Below, one piece after another: positions 23,376-36,963 of a stretch of DNA of 64,000 nt. The DNA lies in NCBI GenBank assembly GCA_002104905.1, contig MCFE01000375.1, forward strand, positions 1 to 64,000, in the 5' to 3' direction. A model generated the notes under the pieces. The model saw only the letters and a list, made by a program, of their open reading frames with translations. It was not told where the DNA came from and did no database searches. The stretch is from Basidiobolus meristosporus CBS 931.73 (lineage: Eukaryota > Fungi > Basidiobolomycota). The position numbers and the translations under genes are program-made. Position 1 is the stretch's first letter; every line of letters begins with the position of its first letter.

Positions 23376-26249
23376 CGGGCCAACCTCCTCCACCTCGCAT
23401 CAGCATATTCTCGGCAGTTATAATCTTTGGGATTCCATTGGGGGGGGGGTGGACGGTGCAACCATACCAGAATTTAGATTATAGAAATGGTATTTCTCCA
23501 CTGAGGAGTATGCTCGTCTTGTAAATTGACCCTGTGAACATTCTCATTCTTGCATGCAACATAGGAAAAGGAAGCATTCTATCCATTACTCCATACGGAA
23601 TTTGTATTATACGTTATTATTTATTAATGAAGGGCATTTCTAAATGGAGCATCCAAGTGAATGGTAGCCAGAGGTATCGATTGGCTGGCGTGGTTGATCG
23701 GATTGGTGTCGTTGGGTGGTGGTACCTTTCGAAGTAGAATAGAGGCAAGCAGAGGGAGTGGAACCTAGGAAACAGGTAGTCATACCACTGATCTCGAGAT
23801 CTCCAACCTGAGAAATCATCTGAGCCTATCAAGTGGCACAACTAATCACCTCCTTAGATCGTAGGTAGCTGAGACGAAAAAGGAAATCCCAGGCCAGCTA
23901 TTTGAAATCATCCACTGCGTTTCATTGCTCTTGGCACAGGGTCATTCGACTGGCCACCTGACACATCTGCGCTTGAACGGAAGCCTGCGAAACAATGGAG
24001 GGTATCACACGAAACATCCGGTTGATGGTTCGTTAACGGCAACCATGTCACGCTCGTACCACCGAAACATCCACCGGATTCATGGAGCCACTGGACGCAC
24101 CGCTAGTTGCGCTTCGATCTCAGTATCGCCTGACTCATATGATTGGGGTAACCCAAGGATAGTGATCACTGTTGTGTTTCACCAGGGTGTTACCAGGGTA
24201 TCGTTTCCATTGGATCTCGAACGAACACAAAGTTTGGCTGAGGGGCTTCCTGGGTTGCCAGCTGTGGCTTAATGGCTGGCCTGCAGTTTCTATCACATGC
24301 TTGCGTATGGCAGCCAACAAGCCAACCCTCCATTTGGCTGATTCCTGTGAATTCGCTAAGCTGACATCTCGGAGCAGCACGCGCACGCTCCACATCGCCA
24401 ATTCGGTATTCGGTAGCGCGGTCAATCGGTAGGTGTATAGCGGGAGAAGCTTCTGGGGGCACTCCGCAGATGGCATGTCTGTCGGTCGACTGGACACCCG
24501 CTGCCGGCACGCAGACCGACAGACAACTGATGACCAATACTCGAGTATGCATGGAGCCGGGAGAAAGAGGAAGCCAACCTAGTTCACATCCAGCAAAGAC
24601 TGATTGGTTACACGGCACAGTTCCGGCATTGCCATTCCCAGACGTCAACTGTCGGACAATACCAGCGAGGTATCAGTTTCATTTTGAACCGCCCCCTAAT
24701 CGTAGAACTGACAACGTTGGTGTTACCTTGAGCTTATGCTAGATTCCATGGACGGGTTTTGGAAAAGCATACGATGGGGCTCTACCCTACACAAAGTCAA
24801 CCCTAACCAATTTAGCATCGACATCCATTAATTGCCTACATTCGGTTGGGCATGGCCATACTAGGCGATCGGGTGATGGCCGCTTCTACTTCCAGTATCT
24901 GAGGAGTGATCGCGGTGGATTCGCCTGATTCCGATCAAGTGGGGTGACTGGCCTTTCCAAACCTCTGCGCACTTGCCTTCACGGGTCTCCATCGCCAGGG
25001 GATCTGGCGGTGATCACACAGATGGTGATGGCCATGGCCATACTCCCCTGATCGGACCGCTCGTCGGTACCACCAAGGGCCGTGGAATGAGGAGAAATAG
25101 GAACTCTGCCCCGCCAGAGAATCATATACCCGAGCCGGTCGTTTGTCAGCTTACGGGGATCTCCCTGGTGGATGGCGGGTAGAGCATGACTGGGAGGAAG
25201 GCTGAATGTTTCATTGGATTGCCTTGGTGGGCAAGTGCCCTATTGGGGACGATTGCTGGGTAAATACCCAAATCCGGCCTCGAAATACCAAAAATAGGAT
25301 TCCCAGCCGGTTGCTACCATTGGCTGGTGTCTTGGACAGAATACTTGGAACGCAGACAGTCACTCCAACGTATTGGCATACAGGGCGGTTGTGCTGAACT
25401 CGTAGCATAGCATTCAATTGTCGCGAGGCACCCGTTGTCTGGGATGAGGGTGAGGGAGAGGATGCGTAGCAGATGACGTGTCCCTGGGCTCTTCCTGGGA
25501 GGGGAGGATCGGAAGTTGACCCTAGGGCCGGGATTTGGTCCGTTGGTTCAGAACCAAGTTCCTGAAGAACCGTTAGGAAGGGCATCCCAGTCGATATTAG
25601 GAAGGGACCAGTTATGTAATCAAGCACGAAACCAACCATCGCCCTCTTCACCGCTTTGGTAGGCCGGAGCCGAATTTAATCATGATCCCACGGAGACATG
25701 AACCAAGCCAAGCCTTCAAGCCGCCGGTTTCAGGTTTCGCCTGGCGCTGCGGACATCGGTGAATCCTCTCCCATGGATTCACGGTGGGTATGCATTGCGA
25801 TTCCTCGCACCGATGCGTTTCTTCGGCGCAGTCATTTCAATCCGATGCTAACCCAAACTATACCGCGGGAAATTGGGTTTACTCCCCAAACCTTTGGCGA
25901 GTTGGAGTTGAATCCACCTCGCCGGTGGCCTCTTCCGGATCCTGGGCTGATTGGAAGAAGAATTTCTACGGTTGGGCAATCCTTTCTCGAGCTTCCCACT
26001 TCGGTGTGACCAGGGTAGTCCCTTTTCAAGCCGATTTTGGGTATCTCCCTACGTGTTGTATAGCAGGACTATCGCATCCAATCAGGATGACTCTATCGAC
26101 CAGCTGAGCATTTTGGTAGCAATTTATGGTGTTCTGCTTTCTGTTAATACTTAGTTTACACCTAATCCACCCAAATACCTTTAGATTCTGTATATAGCTT
26201 GTTGCCAAGTGGTGAGTTATTTTCTTGAGGTTTAGCTGGCAAGATATCA

Positions 26250-26700
26250 GCCAACTCTTGGAATTTGTGTCAGCCTGAAAGTTATCAAGATCTTCAAACT
26301 CATGAAAAAGCCCCAAACCTTGCACACCACTTTCTGGGACCTATTGTGCAACAATCCTTATGGAAAATCTCAAACTTGGAATTCATCAGATTTTCAGCTG
26401 GTATTCTGCTGACATTCTGATGGTATTTTGTTGGTACTTGGCTGGTTTTTTTCCTTCAAGCTTTTAGTTGCAATACTTGGTGGAAGTAGTCAGCAGTTGA
26501 TTACCAAATTTGGTATGAATGCTAGCTGGACTAGCCATCTCCTGGAAAATATATCTGCTTATCTGCCCAACAGCTAGTACCTGAGATATTGACAGTTGTC
26601 ACTCATGAGAAACCTGGAATTCCACCCATATCATGATGGTATTGTGCTGGTGTCTACTTCATTCTTTCTTTGGGAATCTCATCAATACTATTGCAAATAT
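26250..26700 (+). mobile_element. CACTA/EnSpm (tnp2-type) transposase fragment
   Basis: Its reverse complement aligns with 39000-39270 (e.g. cataccaaatttggta; cagaatacca/cagaatacaa gc; tgaattccaagttt), part of the tnp2-like relic. Confidence 0.6.
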
Positions 26701-27000
26701 CCTCTTGGTCAATAAACACCATGTTTGGGCTCAATCAGTGAACATCATACAATTCACTCTCAATATCCCCTGGAATCTTACACCACTGATTGCTAGCAAA
26801 ACTTGTTTATATGGCACAAACAAATAGGGAATACCTTGCCAATGCATAGGCCTTAAGGGCTTGGATGATTGCACTACTACTGTATAAATTGGTCATGTAG
26901 CCTTTGATGGACTATCCTACTCCATTCTTTGTACTGACCTCCTTGGGCTATGTGAACAACTGGGTTTGTGTATTGAGTTTGGTGTCATTTAGGTAATATC

Positions 27001-27115
27001 TATTGCAAAGGTTTTGAACATATTGGAAGTGATTGGAAGAACAAGTATATTACATGGTTTTCACCAAGTAACATATTGAATGTAAGAGTGGTATTTATAC
27101 TCTTGAGTTGTAACT
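27001..27115 (-). repeat. Partial LTR related to the Copia LTRs at 28328 and 36964
   Basis: gaagtgattggaagaacaagtatattacatggttttcac matches gaagtgattgggagaacaagtacattatgtggttttcac at ~36990. Confidence 0.6.
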
Positions 27116-27119
27116 ACCC

Positions 27120-27900
27120 TACATGAGCAACTACACATCATGACAAGTGCCCATCAAGGGGAGACTAGGAGACTTAGAGGACTAGAAGCACCAATAATAC
27201 CACAGCCCAAAGTTTCTACTGGGAAAATATGCATTATGCCATTCAGCACCTTGTGAGTCATATGTAGCCTATCAGAAAAGATACTCAAGCATCATAAAGA
27301 ACCACTGAATCCTACTTAAACAGTCCACCTGTTATGAAAAGCTATTATAAATCTTGTTCACATGCCAACAGCTGGATCTGAGAAGTACTTGATTGTTGCC
27401 AGATATGACCTTATTGCGCAGTCCAAAGCTTGAACCCTACACAACAACAAAAGCCATACCATATGTGATTTATACTTGAGGACATCATTGGCAGATTTGG
27501 TAGTATATGCTGATTTATTGCTGATTGAGGAGATATGGCATCCCAAGCAATTGAGGAATTGTGCTCAAGATACCAGATACACATTGCTTTTACTACTGCT
27601 CACCACTGTCAAGCCAATGGAATGGTACAAGTATATCCCTATGAGAAATAACTTGGTCTTGCAGGTGTATCTAATCCAAATCAACAGTCAGAATCCCACC
27701 ACAAAGCTGCCATAGTGCTGGCACCTTGGAATTGTTGGCCCTCTCACAATCTTATGACAGGATCATGATAGCATTTTGCTGAAAATACTGCCAAATAAAG
27801 TTAAAAAGTCAACAGTGCTTTAGCGGTCTTTTGACAAGAATTGCATGACATTCTGATGGTCTTAATGCACTCTACATTTATTATGGCAGACCTAACTAGC
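27120..27900 (+). mobile_element. Ty3/Gypsy integrase relic
   Basis: Frameshifted fragments: HIMTSAHQGET, FYWENMHYAIQHLV, KEPLNP, and AIEELCSRYQIHIAFTTAHHCQANGMVQ (integrase TTAYHPQANG.VE motif). Confidence 0.65.
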
Positions 27901-28049
27901 CAGTACATCCAATTGCCTTATATGGCAAGAAATTTAATGGTGTTCTGATGGCCTCATTGTATACCTCTGCTGGCATTATAATGGCCATACAGCAGCCTAT
28001 AGCTGGTTCTGTATAGTGCTACTATACCAATCTATTAAATAGTATTTCC

Positions 28050-28322
28050 CTCTTCTACCTCCCCTTGTGCCATTCATATATTCCACTGTAGAATCACCCC
28101 TTTTTGTTTGCCTACCCACCATTACCTTAGGTATTCCTCATATAGTTGGAATAAAAAAGAACTATGGCCTCTTGCTTACTAACCTCTGCAAATGCACACA
28201 CCTGCTGCAATATTTGATATACTTCTATCACCTCATCTTTACAGCTTTTCAGTGTGATACTTGCAAGGTTGCAATATACTTTGTATTGCTGGTAACATAT
28301 ACATCTTGCAAACATTTGCTTG
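28050..28322 (-). mobile_element. Distal continuation of the CACTA relic, split off by the Copia insertion
   Basis: Removing 28328-37310 plus one GTTGC restores a continuous frame ...LRRCSWQIVAT|KQMFARCICYQQ... Confidence 0.55.
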
Positions 28323-28327
28323 GTTGC

Positions 28328-28675
28328 TGTTGTACAAGTCTTGGAGATATTGGTACTGATTGGGAGAACAATTAGATTATGTGGTATTCACCTAATGATC
28401 TATTGTAAGTAAAAGTAGTGTTTATACTGTTGCATGATCTTGGTATAAAAAGCACACAGAATAGGCTTGGGAAAGTCGCAAGAACACATTTGCAAAGTTT
28501 GGGGCTGTTTGGGCAACTTGGAGAAATTTGGTGCTCTGAGTACCAGATGTTGTGGTGAAAATATTTCAAGTAAATCCCAACAAAAAACACAGTTAATACT
28601 GCCTAAGACTTTTTGGTAAGGATCCAAGTAACTAAGTTAGGTCAATATATAGGTAGAATTACAAACTTTACAACA
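28328..28675 (-). repeat. Copia 3' LTR
   Basis: TGTTG...CAACA; homologous to 36964-37310; preceded by a PPT. Confidence 0.85.
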
Positions 28676-30688
28676 CTCCCATGCAACTAAATGTTCATAC
28701 TGACTGGTCCTAATTCAACTTAAGATATTCAAACTTGTCTTTAGCTAATGTTTTAGTAAATACATCTGCAATCATTTCATCTGTAGGACACTAAGCTAAG
28801 TTAACTAAGTTGTTCTCCATAACTCTGTGATTGCAGATCTCCAAGACTTTGTCTGAGGGCTATTCAGGGCCTCTTATACAGTCTGGGGCCATCAATATGG
28901 ACTGGATTGGCATAGGTTACGTTTGTACCCTCACTAATATAGTGATTTGGGCTATTTCTTGACTGGTTGGAACTCCTGATTTGTGACACTGGAATGATTA
29001 CTTCTGAGAGATTCCTGGGCCCTGATTCAGGCTGAACCATGGTTTCAGAGTCCTCTGGATTGAAAAAATTCTCATTGATATGCTCTGATTGAATCCTGAC
29101 TATTGATGGGCCTGAGATCAGATTTTTGTCAAAATCTGATGTCACTTTTTGTGAGAATATTGAATCTTTGTCAAACAACCCATCCCTGGACTTGATCAGT
29201 ATCTTTGCTTAGGTAGTTTAGAGTCTGTATAACTAACTCTCATAGTGGTGGCCCAAAAATATGAACTTTAAACTGTTTGGCTCCAATTTTTACTGATTTC
29301 TGGGCTGTTTCTTGGCATATGTTGTACACCCAGATATTCCCAGATGCTGTGCACTTGGCCTGCATCCATACCATGCCTCAAATGGAGTAGAATCACAAAG
29401 TGTTCTGTTATGACTCCTATCTTTACGGTGTAGAGCTGTGGCAACTGATTTTGCCAATAAATCATAGGATAAGTTTTGGTCATGAATTGTAGATCTTGCC
29501 ATATCATTTATTGATCTGTTAGCATGTTCTGCTACTTCATTTTGCTGTGGGGAATGTTAGCAGTAGTCCCTTGCTTTATCCTATGAATCTTGCAGAAGTG
29601 GATGAAGAGTTGTGAGGTATATTCTCCACCATTGTCAGAGTGCATTTTTTTGATTTCTTCACCAGTTTCTCTCCCCACTATGGCTTTAGACTCCCTGAGC
29701 TTAGACAGAGCTTCTCCTTTCTCTCCATGAGTTAGACTCACATGAATCTTGCATAATCATCAATAAAAGTGATTAAATACTGCATCCTGCCCAGGGATAA
29801 ATTTTGCATATGTCCACAGAGATCAAGGTGCATTATATCTATTATTTTTGGAGATTTGTCTAACCCACAACTCTTGAATAGTTTCCTGGCTTGTTTACCA
29901 TATATAAAGGATTAACAGTGCACCAAATTAGTGACAGGATTGATTTTACTGCAGAAATTAGCTGATCTTTGATCATTTTGTGCAAATAATCAAGATTGAT
30001 GTATCCAAATCTCCTGTGCCAAAGCATTGGTGTTTCTTCACTCAAGTTACTTTTACTGGCTTCCAGATATGATGGAATATAAGTCAACTTGAGTAGATTC
30101 AGATCTCTGATACCCAAAGGAATATGGGCAACATTTTGATCAGCAATCCTGCTTCCAGAACTGTCAAAACTGTAACTGAGTTCTTATGCAGTGGCCTTGC
30201 TTACAGAGAGTGGGCTCTTGACTATTTCAGGTACATAGGGTACTTCTCTGAGGGTAAGTGTATGGCATCCTTCACTGCTTCTAAGGCATATGCAGATACT
30301 TCCTGCTCCCACTCCATTAAGTGTTTCATAGTGACACATGAAAATCTTCTTAACTGGAATTTCTTGATATTGTATAAAAGTTTCTTTTTGCTGTGTAAAT
30401 TGTTGAGATGCTGCAGAGTCAATATACCACATTTGAAAGTCCTTAATTGTGGTCACATTTAGTACAGATATGAGTAGTCTAGATTTAGTGGTTGCAGCAT
30501 TTTCATATTCTGGCTTTTTCTGCTCACTATCTCTGTTCTTGGGGTACCAGTCCAATGTGTGTCTGTTCCTTTTGCACTAGTAGCAGAGCAGATTACTATT
30601 GCCTTTAAAGGGTCTTGGATACCCCCTTTGTTGGTTATTGTTGTTTATCAAAGCATTTTCTTGTTCCTTCCTTCCTATTGGGGCGGTA

Positions 30689-31067
30689 TCTGGGTTATTA
30701 CTGACTGTACTTGGTGAGTGGGAGAGCTTGTAGGTCAAGTCACTACCACTTGGTTCAGAATAGCTTCTGACAGAAGGTAGCAAGGTAATAAAGACTTGTG
30801 TTTATTCTGTTCAAATCTTCCTGTTCTCTCACTTGGTTCAATTGGATATATACATATATATCACTTGGGGGAGCTTAGATAATAGACAATGTGTTATAAA
30901 ATAGGGGTGTGAACACCTTCCTGTTATGGTAAGTGTTCTATCTAGATAAGGGCAGGAATAGGAGGGAGGATGTATGGGGGAATCATAGGGAGGATACTGG
31001 TGGCCTTTGTGTAGGACTCTGGGGAGAACTCTTGGGCAAAGAGTGGGTACTACATTTGATACTCACA
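30689..31067 (-). repeat. Gypsy 3' LTR
   Basis: Direct repeat of 35368-35742. Confidence 0.85.
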
Positions 31068-34000
31068 TATCCTGGGGGTTAAGAGGGAGCTTTGTCCTCA
31101 AAGTTCCTTGACCAACTTGCTTCTCCAGGGTTGATTTTGTTTATGCAGTATGGGGAGTCACCATAGTACCATTGCTGGTTGTCACTTGCAAGGGGGTTGC
31201 AGGCAAGTATCTGATACCATTTTGCAGCAGAGTGGGGTGCAGCTTGTGTTGCTTAAGGGATGTTTTCCACATAGCCAAACAATTGGCAAACCATAGGGTT
31301 CTAGGTAAGTTCCTTGGGATGATTGGAGAAAACAAAGAGATGCAATAACGTAATAAAGTCTTGCTTCTTTATCTTGCAAACATTGTTGGGGCTTGTCCTT
31401 GTTGTGTTCAATATGACAGTGGGGGACCTTTTGAAGAGGGCATATACTTGGTTGGCAGTCACCTGTTGCTGATAACAAGTTTTTGCTACTTCCAAGACAT
31501 ATGTAGTTCTTCCATAGAAACTGTGTCACAATTGAGGCGCTTTTGCACTTGCCTCATGGTCACTACAGAGTCTGCTGTGGCTTCTTTGGCTTCTTGGAGT
31601 TCAACTTTGTACTGATTCCTGACTAGTCCTATGGTAAACCACTGTAATAGTTGTAACACAGCTACTTGGTAGATTGTATGGGTCAACTGGCAGGTGAATT
31701 TAATCTGTTTGCATATACCTTAATGACCATGGTGCCAATTAATGGCAAGTATGCAACAAAACAGGGGGGCTCTTGAGGTCTTGTGAGGGTGCCACAGTTG
31801 ATTCCTTGCATCTTCTGTCTGACTGTGTCCAGTATGAATATGGGAATCAGTGCGGTGTCCTTCTCCTTAATGATTAAGGAACCTCCTCTCAGGTGGTGCA
31901 CAGTCTTCTTGGGTAGTATCTCCATGCTTTACATTGGCATGGGTAACTTGTCTTGTCCCTCTCTGATTGTGTCTTGTATCAATGTGACTGCACTGGCAAA
32001 CAACTCTTCATAGGTGGCTCTTATTGCACGTGATGCTTGTACAATATCTCTCAACATATGCAGGTTGGTCTTGTTTTCAATATCATCTTGGTTCTTGCTG
32101 GTGGGAGGGGTATCACAAGTTTTGGGTGAACTGTTTCCTTTGGCACTTTCATATGCATTCTTTTGTTCTCCCTTTTGGGCAAACTTCCTTGCACATATCA
32201 GTTGTACCTATATTGACTAAAATCTCCTCTAATAAAATTTTTATATATCCTGTATCTTCCTCTATCCTTGTCCTGATAATTGTTTAATCACACTTTAGCT
32301 TCAGTGATGATTGGTGGATCATCATGAAACAGTTTCAGATGGGCTGGCACTATATTGCTGATTGTCTTTTATTCACGGTGATGGTGCACTTTGGCCCATG
32401 GTCCAAACTAATATCAGTGCAAGGGCCAATCCATTGGGGTGTAAATTGTGGGCAAAACTTGAGGCCTGCAACAGTTTGGTTGTACCACACTTTGTTGCCT
32501 GGTTTCCACTTTTATCCCATTAGTTTCTCATTTTTAGGTGGAGGGGGAAGGAGCTTGTTGACATTTTCAAATTCTCTTATGTAAAGGTGGGTGATACAGT
32601 GTATCAACCTTTCTACATAATTGTTATTTGTTGTCAAGGGGACACCTTCCATTGTCAATCCAGCTTCTTCATGCCATGGGCCTTTGTCCATACAGAACTT
32701 TGTATGGGGAGAAACCTGTCATTTTATTTGGTATTGTATGCATTGCTAGGAGTGTCAGTGGGAGCAGCTTGGCCCATGATTGGGGAAGTTCCCAGTGAAG
32801 CTTCTCTAGTATGCAGCAGCATGTCTGGCTCATCCTCTTGGTTAATCCATTGGTCTGGGGGTGATACATGGCTGTGAGGACCTGTTTCATGCCAGTCATT
32901 TGGCACAAATGGGCCACAGTGTTTTTCAGGTGTTTTCATAAAGGGGCCAACGAAGTCTATCCCTACCCAGTGAAAGGGTAGGTCAACTGGTATTAGTGCA
33001 ATTGCCCCTATTTTCTGACTCCAGTTAACTCTTTTGCAGGTGGAGCATCTTTGTAGCATATTCATGATGCAGGTCATCATTTTTTTCCAGTAAAATGTCT
33101 TTCTTAACATCTTATATGCTGTTAGGGGGTTAGCGTGACCTAATGACATATGTCTTTCTTGTGTGATTTCTTTGCAGGCAGGGATTGGGGGTATCTTGAC
33201 TCTGAACTGTCCTTGGAGGAACCATAATTGGTTTTCTTATACTTTGTACTGACACCATTTACTTTGAAAGTCTCTCTTCAGCTTGTTTGTAGTGACATGT
33301 TTGGGGCACTCCCCTCTTCTTTTGAAGCAGATTATGTCCTTATAGTCATTGCTGACAAGCACTTGGCAAATGGGATAGCAACTGAGGAAGTCTGCATCCT
33401 GGTGTTTCTTACCAGTGCAATGAATTATTTTGAAGTTGTATTCTTGTAGTCTGAGGCCCCAACATGCTAGTCAACCACTAAAGTCTTTAGTTTTCATCAG
33501 CCAGACCAGTATGCTGTGATCCATTACCACTGTGAATTGGCTACCATGTATGTATGTATGTAACTGTTTAAATGAATAAGCAACAGACAGACATTCTATC
33601 TTGGTAATGGGGTAGTGATGTTTGTGTTTGTTTAGCAAACAGCTCATGTCACCAATTGGGTGGAATTTGCCAGGTTGGTGGTATTGTCCCAGTATGGTGC
33701 CCATACCAGTAAGACTTCCATCACAGTTAATGCAAAATCTTGCATCCCAATTAGGAAAATGTAACACTGGTGGTGACATCAAGGAATGTTTCAGCTGATT
33801 GAAAGTCACCATGTGCTGCCTGTTGTTAACTACTAAGCGCTTTAGACTTTGTGTTTCAAATTTTGGCGGCATCCATACTTCAGGGATCAAGATTACTTCC
33901 AGTTGCTTGGATGCCTTTGTTGCGGTTATCATTGCTCCACTTGTCAAACAAGTTATTGGTGTCTCTAAGAGATCACCATCTCACTGGCAGGTGGTATTTT

Positions 34001-35367
34001 CATCACCTTTTGTGTGATGATTGGAGACTGCAATGGTTTCACCTCTTCAATAGTCAAACCATTGCTACACTCCTTCCTCTCATTGGCAATATGAATCAGC
34101 AGGATACTATTGGTATCCCACCTGAGTTCAGATGCACTGTAAAGTATGTCCATCTTATGTTGGATAAACCCACTCTTGCCAATGAGTAAGTTGTTGGCTG
34201 CAATGGGTTGGACCACAATATCTTGGTGTATAATTAAGTTGCCTAGCTGGATGGGGCAATTAGGCACTACTCCTACTGTTGTGTCTGGTTGGTCATTTGT
34301 TAGCCATACCCAAATGGTGTTGTTGGGGACTATATCCAACTTTAGCTGTTTTGCTAATGACTCTGACATGATCAATGTAGAAGATCCTGTGTCAATAAGG
34401 GCAAGAATCTCCTTATTCTCTATACTTACCTTTACATATGTACCATTATTTGGTTTTTATTGGACTATATGGTTGACATGAAGGGTTGTTATCTCCTTCA
34501 ATCTCACTATTGGCTCCTTGACTAGAGCTGGGGCAAGTCCCAGTAAATTGGTTATCGACAGGGTTGCCTTAGTTTTCTCTAGTATCTTCATTATGGGGAA
34601 TAGGCCATGTGAAGATGTACTAGCATTCTTTGTTTGCTTCAACACTTCTTCCCAAGGCTTATTCTGTACCTCTTCAACTAACTCCACATTCTTTCCTTTT
34701 GACAAAACCACTACTGCAGGTTCCTTTGCCTCCTCTCTAGAAGCATCATGTCAATGCTTCTTCTTCCGCACTTCAACTGCTCTGACCACTTATGGGGATC
34801 CCTGTCCTTCAATCACTTGTATTACTATAGGGTAGCCCCATAGCAAGACAACCACTTGTACTTGCTTGACCAACTCTTGCAGCGTTTTACATCCCTGTTG
34901 ATCTTTGAATGCCCTACATCTTACTTTGTTGTCTAAGCCCATGATATAAGACCTCATGAGCTGTCATTTGGCAGCTTTGTCCTTTGGGAGACCTCAAACT
35001 CATTGGAGAAACAGTTCAGTGTAGGCTTCATAGCTCTCACTGCTTTTCTTCCATGAAGACAGTAAAAGGGCTTTGTAGTGGCACCCCTTGGCATATAGAA
35101 AGTGTATCTTATAGGCTTCTTCTAGTACATCCCAGCCGTCATTAACTATGTCTTCCAACCCATAATGCCATTGCCATGCTGGACCTTCCATTTGTGTTGC
35201 AAACTCCCTTACTTTCTTGTGGTTGTCCCATCCTGCATCCACTGTAACTCTCTCCAACTTATCAAACCACTCAAGGGCTTTCTCTTTCTTTCCCTTGTAG
35301 GTTTTTAGTTTGATTGTAGTTGTCATTACCTCATTTGTGCTTATTTCTGCAGAGACAGCACCAAATA

Positions 35368-35742
35368 TGTGGGTTATCACTGACTGTACCTGGTGAGTGG
35401 GAGAGCTTGTAGGTCAAGTCAGTACCACTTGGTTCAGCATAGCTTCTAATAGAAGGTAGAAAGATAATAAAGACTTGTGTTTATTCTGTCCAAATCTTCC
35501 TGTTCTGTTACTTGGTTCAATTGGATTTATATATATATCACTTGGGAGGCATAGATAAAAGACCATTTGTTATAAAATAGGGGTGTGAACACCTTCCTGT
35601 TATGGTAAGTGTTCCAACTAGATAAGGGCAGGAATAGGAGGGATGATGCAGGGGGAATCATAGGGAGGATACTGGAGGACTCTGGGTAGGACTCTGGGGA
35701 GAACTCTTGGACAAACAGTTGGTACTACATTCAGTACTTGCA
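35368..35742 (-). repeat. Gypsy 5' LTR
   Basis: TG...CA; followed after a short spacer by PBS-like TGGTGCTG. Confidence 0.85.
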
Positions 35743-35900
35743 CTGTAGTGGGGTAACAGTGACACCCACTGACAGATTTGTCCACTCCCATATCTTCTAC
35801 TTCCCTATTTCTCTGCTACCCTTATTTCAGTTTTATCCCATTTGTCTTATCTGACTAGTACTGTCCCATAAGCTGGTTAACTATAATACCAGCTTATTGG

Positions 35901-36090
35901 ACTTGTTCCATCATTCCAGCTGATCATAGTGCCCAATAGTGCCATAGCATGCCAGATGGTGCCTGATCATGCTATAGAGTGCCAGATGGTGCCATACAAT
36001 GCCAATTTGGGATCAAAATTTACATGCATATGACCCTAAAATATCAAATTAACAACAAAATATAGAGCACTTTCTGGCACTATGATCAAT
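35901..36090. mobile_element. Relic related to the ACTTGTTC-TIR (Harbinger/MITE) family
   Basis: Starts ACTTGTTC, followed by a run of ATAGTGCC/GTGCCAGAT repeats and a spacer resembling the MITE loop (tatagagcactt). Confidence 0.5.
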
Positions 36091-36963
36091 GGCACAATGA
36101 AACTAGTATGATCACCACTACCTGCTGCTACCTAAACTTCCAATCACAAATCACAGGACCCTCCCATGAAACCTCAGCAACAGCCAACTGACCTTGGAGG
36201 CATTACTTGTGAGAAATACTCTGAGATGGTATCTTTTTTATATTTGACTCTTTCCCCAGCTTGTTTGTATACAGGGAAAGATACATTTTGGCTTTTGTAA
36301 CTGTTTACTACTGATGCCTTTTTATCAAGTCCCTGCTGGTGAGATTCACAGATGTATTGACCTTGGTAGCTCTAGTACATTGTCATCTCAAAGGACACTA
36401 AACCCAGCACATAATTTTGTTATGATACCAACTAAGTTGAGGATTGTAACTCACTGGTTTTCCATCTACATGCTTGTGACTTTATTCCCCTTCACATTAG
36501 AGGAGAGGCAGAGCCCAAGCATTCCTTTCAAGCTTTTATCATAGGTTATTGCATCCAGTGAGCACCCCACACACAAGATACTTCAGAAGTGTTAGGCATA
36601 TATCTCCCTTGAGCTTGTACACCACCACAGCACTTGATTGTCTTAATTTTTGATGCTGGGGTCTTGCTTATATCTAATTAAAGGTCAGGTCTTCTGTTCT
36701 GGACTCTAAATCTAGTACAAAGCCCTGAAACTTGTCTGTTGAGCTACTCAGGATGGTAACTGTCACATCCTCATCAGCAGTAGGTACACCCACAGATTTC
36801 ATCTCCCATGACAGTATCCCAAAGCCCTCTTTATTGTAGCTGCATCTTCATCTTCACTGTCCACACTTTGTAGTCAAATCCATTCAGCTTTTCAGCAGTG
36901 TAAGAGATTCCAGTAACAGCAGTAGTGGACATTACAGAGAGTGACAGCTTGGGGCTCATGCCA

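Larger units (their letters stand above)
30689..35742 (-). mobile_element. Ty3/Gypsy LTR retrotransposon nested in the Copia gag; lacks RT; extra ORF after integrase
   Basis: LTRs 35368-35742 and 30689-31067 are closely similar. Coding motifs: gag (ALEWFDKLERV...EGPAWQWH), protease (ALIDTGSS), RNaseH (PPVLHFPNW...CDGSLTGMG...HYPITKIECL), integrase (WVGIDFVGP, YHPQTNGL). Flanks TACAG/TACCG are a 4/5 TSD match. Confidence 0.88.

Noticed and set aside
24798-24810. AACCCTAACC, a possible telomerase-RNA template (also CCCTAACCC at ~43008)
   Set aside because: A 9-10 nt telomere-like match is expected about once by chance in 64 kb on two strands, and no pseudoknot evidence was seen.
35930-36090. 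Short ATAGTGCC repeats with variable spacers resembling a CRISPR-like array
   Set aside because: The units are 8-11 nt, irregular and in both orientations, and they sit at transposon ends in a eukaryote. They are subterminal repeats.
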